A stretch of DNA of 64,000 nucleotides from an uncultured Candidatus Rokubacteria bacterium (GTDB lineage Bacteria; Methylomirabilota; Methylomirabilia; Rokubacteriales; CSP1-6): positions 1,088,001-1,152,000 of the forward strand of contig CAVXJS010000021.1 in assembly GCA_963762145.1 (NCBI GenBank), in the 5' to 3' direction. A program made the position numbers and the translations under genes. This document shows positions 60,547 through 64,000 of the stretch, piece by piece. Each line of letters opens with the position of its first letter. The first letter of the stretch is position 1. Below the pieces are notes generated by a model, which saw nothing but the letters and a program-made list of their open reading frames with translations, did not search any database and was not told the DNA's origin.

Positions 60547-61113
60547 ATGATCAACGGCGGCCCCGGGTATCTCGTTCTCGCGACGCTCGGTCGGAACTGG
60601 TGGATGGTCGCGGCGCGTGGCCTGCTCGCGATCCTGTTCGGCCTCGCGGTGCTGCTCCGGCCGGAGCTGCCCTTCAACCTGCTGATCGCCGCCTTCGGCA
60701 TCTATGCGGTGCTGGACGGCGCCTGGGCGGTCGCCTCTGCGCTCCGGGTCTCGCGGGTATCGTTCGCGATGTGGCCCGTTGTCCTCGAAGGGGTCGTCAG
60801 CCTCGGCGTGGGAGGGCTGGCGCTCGCGTGGCCCCTCATACCCCGCGACGCGATACACGTCATCGCGGTCTGGGGACTTCTCACCGGCTTTCTGGAGCTC
60901 GTCGCGGCGGCGCGGCTCCCCGACCGGAGCCCCGGGTTCTGGCTACTCCTGACCGGTGGCGGGTTCTCTCTGTTCCTGGCCGTGCTCATCTTCGTGCTAC
61001 CCCGCGCCGTCGAGCCGTCCATCGCCCGGGCCGTCGGTGTCTACGCCCTGTGCTTCGGGGGGCTGCTCCTGGCCGGCGCCTGGTCGCTGCGGAGCGTGCT
61101 GCGGACCGTGTGA
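60547..61113 (+). CDS. HdeD/DUF308 membrane protein
   Basis: RNWW....RGLLAILFG, FG.YA..DG, W.LLTG..E...A. Confidence 0.85.
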   Translation: MINGGPGYLVLATLGRNWWMVAARGLLAILFGLAVLLRPELPFNLLIAAFGIYAVLDGAWAVASALRVSRVSFAMWPVVLEGVVSLGVGGLALAWPLIPRDAIHVIAVWGLLTGFLELVAAARLPDRSPGFWLLLTGGGFSLFLAVLIFVLPRAVEPSIARAVGVYALCFGGLLLAGAWSLRSVLRTV

Positions 61114-61328
61114 GCGGCCGCGACCGCTAGACCACCGGGCGTACGAGCATCAGCCTGGCGAGCGCCACGCCTCTCTGCGTCAAGCCGTCGGCGCCGATCA
61201 GGAGGACGAACGGTAAGGGTCACTCGCCCCAGCCCAGCGTGCCGTCAGAACTGGACGTCACGAGCGCCGGGCTCAGGCCCGGCCCCCCGCCCCGATCGCA
61301 CCGAGTACTCGACCCGGAGGCTGATACC

Positions 61329-61871
61329 ATGGCCGCCATGCTCGAACGGGGGGCGACGATCGAGATCAGGCTCAGCAACCTGCACCAGCTGTTCAATTCC
61401 TTCGACCCGTCGCCATTCCATGAGCGCGATCTCGATCAGGATGCCGAAGACTACATCGTGGAGTCCTCCGACGAGTTCCCGCTGCAGAGGCCGTTGACAC
61501 TGGTCATCCATCTGCCCGCGGACCAGGTCCCGCCTGACACGTTCGACCTGCCCCTGGCCATTCACAACTACTTCGCGTATCGGCTCAGCGAGAGCCGCCG
61601 CCGCCTCAGGTTCTTCTTCCGCGATGGTCGGATTGCTCTGCTCATCGGGCTTGCCTTCCTCTTCGGTTGCATCGCCCTGCGTCAGCTCGCCTTCGCCCTG
61701 GGGTCCGGAACGGCGTCGGAGATCGCGGCTGAAGGCTTGCTCATCATCGGATGGGTGGCCATGTGGCGGCCGTTGGAGATCTTTCTCTACGATTGGCGAC
61801 CGCTACACCGCCGGTGCCGGCTGCTGGCCAAGCTATGCGAGATTCCGGTCGTCGTCTCTCCCTCTACCTAG
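61329..61871 (+). CDS. Conserved hypothetical membrane protein
   Basis: QLFNSFDPSPFHERDLD, AIHNYF, GWVAMWRPLEIFLYDW. Confidence 0.8.
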   Translation: MAAMLERGATIEIRLSNLHQLFNSFDPSPFHERDLDQDAEDYIVESSDEFPLQRPLTLVIHLPADQVPPDTFDLPLAIHNYFAYRLSESRRRLRFFFRDGRIALLIGLAFLFGCIALRQLAFALGSGTASEIAAEGLLIIGWVAMWRPLEIFLYDWRPLHRRCRLLAKLCEIPVVVSPST

Positions 61872-61943
61872 GCGAATCGGGTCGGTGATGCCCCGGCCGG
61901 CGCTCAGCATCGGAGCATCACCTCCCCCGTCCGCCGGGGCCCG

Positions 61944-62384
61944 CTACTCGCTCTTGATCGGGATCGTCGTGCCCTTCGCCGCCGGCGTCTTGGGCAGCGT
62001 CACCGTCAGCAGGCCGTTCTTGAACGTCGCGGCCACCCGGCTGCCATCCACCGCCACCGGGAGCCGCACCCCGCGGGTGAACACGCCGTAGGACCGCTCG
62101 ACCCGGTGGTACCGCTCGTCCTTTTCTTCATTCTCCGGCCTCTTCTCCCCGGTGATCGTCAGCAGGTTCTCCTGCAGCGAGATCCGGATGTCTTTCTGGT
62201 CCATCCCCGGAACCTCGACCTTCACGAGCAGATTGTCCTTCGTCTCCGAGATGTCCATGCTCGGGCACCAGTCGCCGAGCATCGGAAAATCATCCCACTT
62301 GTTCGCCGCCATCCGGTCGAACAGCCGGTCCATGTCCTGCTTCAGGCTCCCGAATCCCGTCCACGGCATCAACCCACTCGCCAT
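61944..62384 (-). CDS. Hsp20 small heat-shock protein, second copy
   Basis: Near-identical to 59865-60305. Confidence 0.93.
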   Translation of the reverse strand: MASGLMPWTGFGSLKQDMDRLFDRMAANKWDDFPMLGDWCPSMDISETKDNLLVKVEVPGMDQKDIRISLQENLLTITGEKRPENEEKDERYHRVERSYGVFTRGVRLPVAVDGSRVAATFKNGLLTVTLPKTPAAKGTTIPIKSE

Positions 62385-62439
62385 GATGTCTCCTCCTATG
62401 TGTAAGAGCGCTTCGTTCGAGCTTCCTGACCGCATGAAG

Positions 62440-62455
62440 TGCAACGCGAGTGCCA
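62440..62455 (-). promoter_or_regulatory. sigma54 promoter
   Basis: TGGCAC-TCGCG-TTGCA; TGAGG-N8-CCCCA at 62528-62545. Confidence 0.75.
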
Positions 62456-62564
62456 GCCGGGAACGCGCGACGATTCAGCGGGTTGCCGTCGTCGCACATC
62501 GGGGCCGTCGAGGCAGGCCTGCCTCGGTGAGGCCGGCCCGCCCCAACCCCACGAGGTCGCGGGC

Positions 62565-62700
62565 GTCGTCTCGATGTCTTCGCTCAGCGACTCGAGGTCC
62601 TGCGCGGCGATAGGCCCGGATCCGGAACTGGTTCTCGCCCTTGAGCTCCAGGATGTCGGCCATGAGCTCGAACTGCCGGGCCACCTCGAAGTTCTTTACT
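62565..62700 (-). pseudogene. polX: N-terminal remnant of DNA polymerase X
   Basis: KNFEVARQFELMADILELKGENQFRIRAYRRA, then LESLSEDIE in a shifted frame. Confidence 0.75.
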
Positions 62701-62722
62701 CGAGGCCCACCGGTCCCGGCCC

Positions 62723-63172
62723 CTAGATCGCCGCGGTCGCCGGCCGCACGAGCATCACGGACACGGGCGCCTTGCCGAAGACCCGCTCGGCCACGCTACC
62801 CAGCAGCACACGGCCGATCCCGCTCCGTCCCGCGGTACCCACCACGATGAGGTCGGCCCCGAAAGCCTCGGCTTCATCGAGGATCTGCGCGACCGGATCG
62901 CCGAAGCGCACGAGGCTCTCCACCGGCACCCCGGCGAAGTGGACCTCGAGCCCGCGCAGGTAGTCCAGGCCCTGGCTGCTCAAGCTCGCCGTCTCCTGAT
63001 CCGCGTACACCACGACGCGGCCGTGTGCGTCCTGCACCGCCGATGGCTCGGGCGCCACGTGGAGCAGCCGCACGGTCGCGTGGGCACCTCGGGCGGTCTC
63101 GGACGCAATGGTCGCGACCGCATCGGCGCGGGGCGACTGATCGACCGCCAGCAGAATTCTCTTCGTGGTCAT
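62723..63172 (-). CDS. Universal stress protein
   Basis: RILLAVD.S, GDP...I, ADLIVVGT.GRSG....LGSVAE. Confidence 0.9.
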   Translation of the reverse strand: MTTKRILLAVDQSPRADAVATIASETARGAHATVRLLHVAPEPSAVQDAHGRVVVYADQETASLSSQGLDYLRGLEVHFAGVPVESLVRFGDPVAQILDEAEAFGADLIVVGTAGRSGIGRVLLGSVAERVFGKAPVSVMLVRPATAAI

Positions 63173-63184
63173 CGCTAGTCTCCC

Positions 63185-63400
63185 CTATCCCATCTTGATC
63201 TTGGGCTTGGTCGCGGCCCAGATCGCGCGCGGCCCTTGCGCGGCCTGATGGATCGTCGTGTCCTTGCGGAACGCCGCCCGGGCAGTCTTCTGGCTGCGAC
63301 GGACTCGGGCGGGCATCGCCTGCAGGTCGGGCGGCCGGCCCGCCTTGGGAGAACGAGCCGGCTTCTTCACACTCCTGCGCGTCTTCTCGGCTCTCGCCAT
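63185..63400 (-). CDS. Small basic protein
   Basis: AGGAGG RBS; Arg/Lys-rich; packed within operon. Confidence 0.6.
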   Translation of the reverse strand: MARAEKTRRSVKKPARSPKAGRPPDLQAMPARVRRSQKTARAAFRKDTTIHQAAQGPRAIWAATKPKIKMG

Positions 63401-63409
63401 CACGTCCTC

Positions 63410-63619
63410 CTAGCGCCCCGCGGGCTGCTCGTAGTCCTCGTCCTGTGTCGGGTCGCGAAGCGGCGGCACGGGCGCGCGCGTCGCGCTGGCGCCACGCCAG
63501 CCGAAGGGGTGGGGCGGGGCGACCGGAGGAGCGGAACGCTCCGGACGCCGTGCTCCGCCCTTCGTGGGCTTCGTTGGCCTCCGGCGTGACTTCGCGCTAC
63601 CCCGGTTCTTTCTCGCCAT
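63410..63619 (-). CDS. Small basic, Pro-rich protein
   Basis: ATG 2 nt after CBS stop; basic N-terminus, acidic tail. Confidence 0.5.
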   Translation of the reverse strand: MARKNRGSAKSRRRPTKPTKGGARRPERSAPPVAPPHPFGWRGASATRAPVPPLRDPTQDEDYEQPAGR

Positions 63620-63621
63620 GG

Positions 63622-64000
63622 CTACCACATGTAGCCTTCGCTGTACTCCGCGATCTTTCCCTCGAGCAGCAGGGCCTTCAGCACATCCCGCTCGGTGAGG
63701 ATCCCGACGAGGCGGCCCTGTTCGAGGACCGGCAGGCTCCCGACCCGGCTCTCGAACATGATGAACGCGGCGTACGTCAGGGGCGCCTCCGGACCCGTCG
63801 TGACCACGGCCCAGGTCATCACGTCCTTCACCCGCAGGTTCTCCAGCGTCTCGCTGAGCTGCCGGCCTCGCCGGAGAGCCCCGGCCGACAGGTACTCGTC
63901 CAGCGCCGGGGCGAGCGCCGCGTGCCGGAGGTCGCGATCGGTCACGATGCCGATGAGCATCTCGGTATCGTCCAGGACCGGCAGGTGCCGGATGTGCCTG
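63622..64000 (-). CDS. CBS-pair protein (5' end beyond window)
   Basis: HIRHLPVL, GIVTDRDLR, VGSLPV, GILTERD. Confidence 0.88.
   Translation of the reverse strand, partial: RHIRHLPVLDDTEMLIGIVTDRDLRHAALAPALDEYLSAGALRRGRQLSETLENLRVKDVMTWAVVTTGPEAPLTYAAFIMFESRVGSLPVLEQGRLVGILTERDVLKALLLEGKIAEYSEGYMW

Larger units (their letters stand above)
61870..62545. repeat. Diverged direct duplicate of 59775-60464 (pcm start, hsp20, promoter, palindrome)
   Basis: Shared TCAGCATCGGAGCATCACCTCCCCC; near-identical Hsp20; same promoter layout. Confidence 0.85.

Noticed and set aside
1-64000. CRISPR array, cas genes, IS/transposase, integrase, phage genes
   Set aside because: No repeat-spacer periodicity and no such protein motifs seen by eye.

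Overview
GC-rich bacterial window with no rRNA, intact tRNA, CRISPR array or recognisable transposase/integrase. The '...LGLTIPPSLLQRADQVIE'-type ABC substrate-binding protein, adenylate-cyclase/TPR remnants and tRNA-Phe fragment resemble Rokubacteria/Methylomirabilota genomes (inference only). It has three parts. (1) 1-12.7 kb: mixed accessory genes (TVP38, GT-C glycosyltransferase, ABC SBP, LLM, AKR, SoxCD-like sulfite dehydrogenase, PRC-barrel, DUF748). (2) 12.7-29 kb: a chr (chromate-resistance-like) cluster with no chrA in the window, a SOD-rhodanese fusion, two paralogous small proteins and twin operators. It is followed by amidohydrolases, an SDR, an AT-richer M14 carboxypeptidase next to a tRNA-Phe 3' fragment, and a CPA2 antiporter. 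(3) 29-64 kb, continuing past the edge: a low-oxygen/dormancy-type island with USPs, CBS proteins, two Hsp20, PpsA, MgtA, ADH, an NDP-forming acyl-CoA synthetase, an FNT channel, RbbA/YhhJ, DksA and a PAS histidine kinase. The strongest new signal is in part 3: eleven sigma54 (-24/-12) promoters paired with a recurring palindrome TGNGG-N8-CCCCA, about 70-72 bp away in six cases, which suggests a sigma54/enhancer-controlled stress regulon. The window also holds many collapsed gene remnants (acnA, nrfA, pfkA, polX, HAD, RraA, ECF sigma, pcm). Several genes have frameshifts that may be sequencing errors. All calls were made by eye, and start sites and remnant boundaries are approximate.
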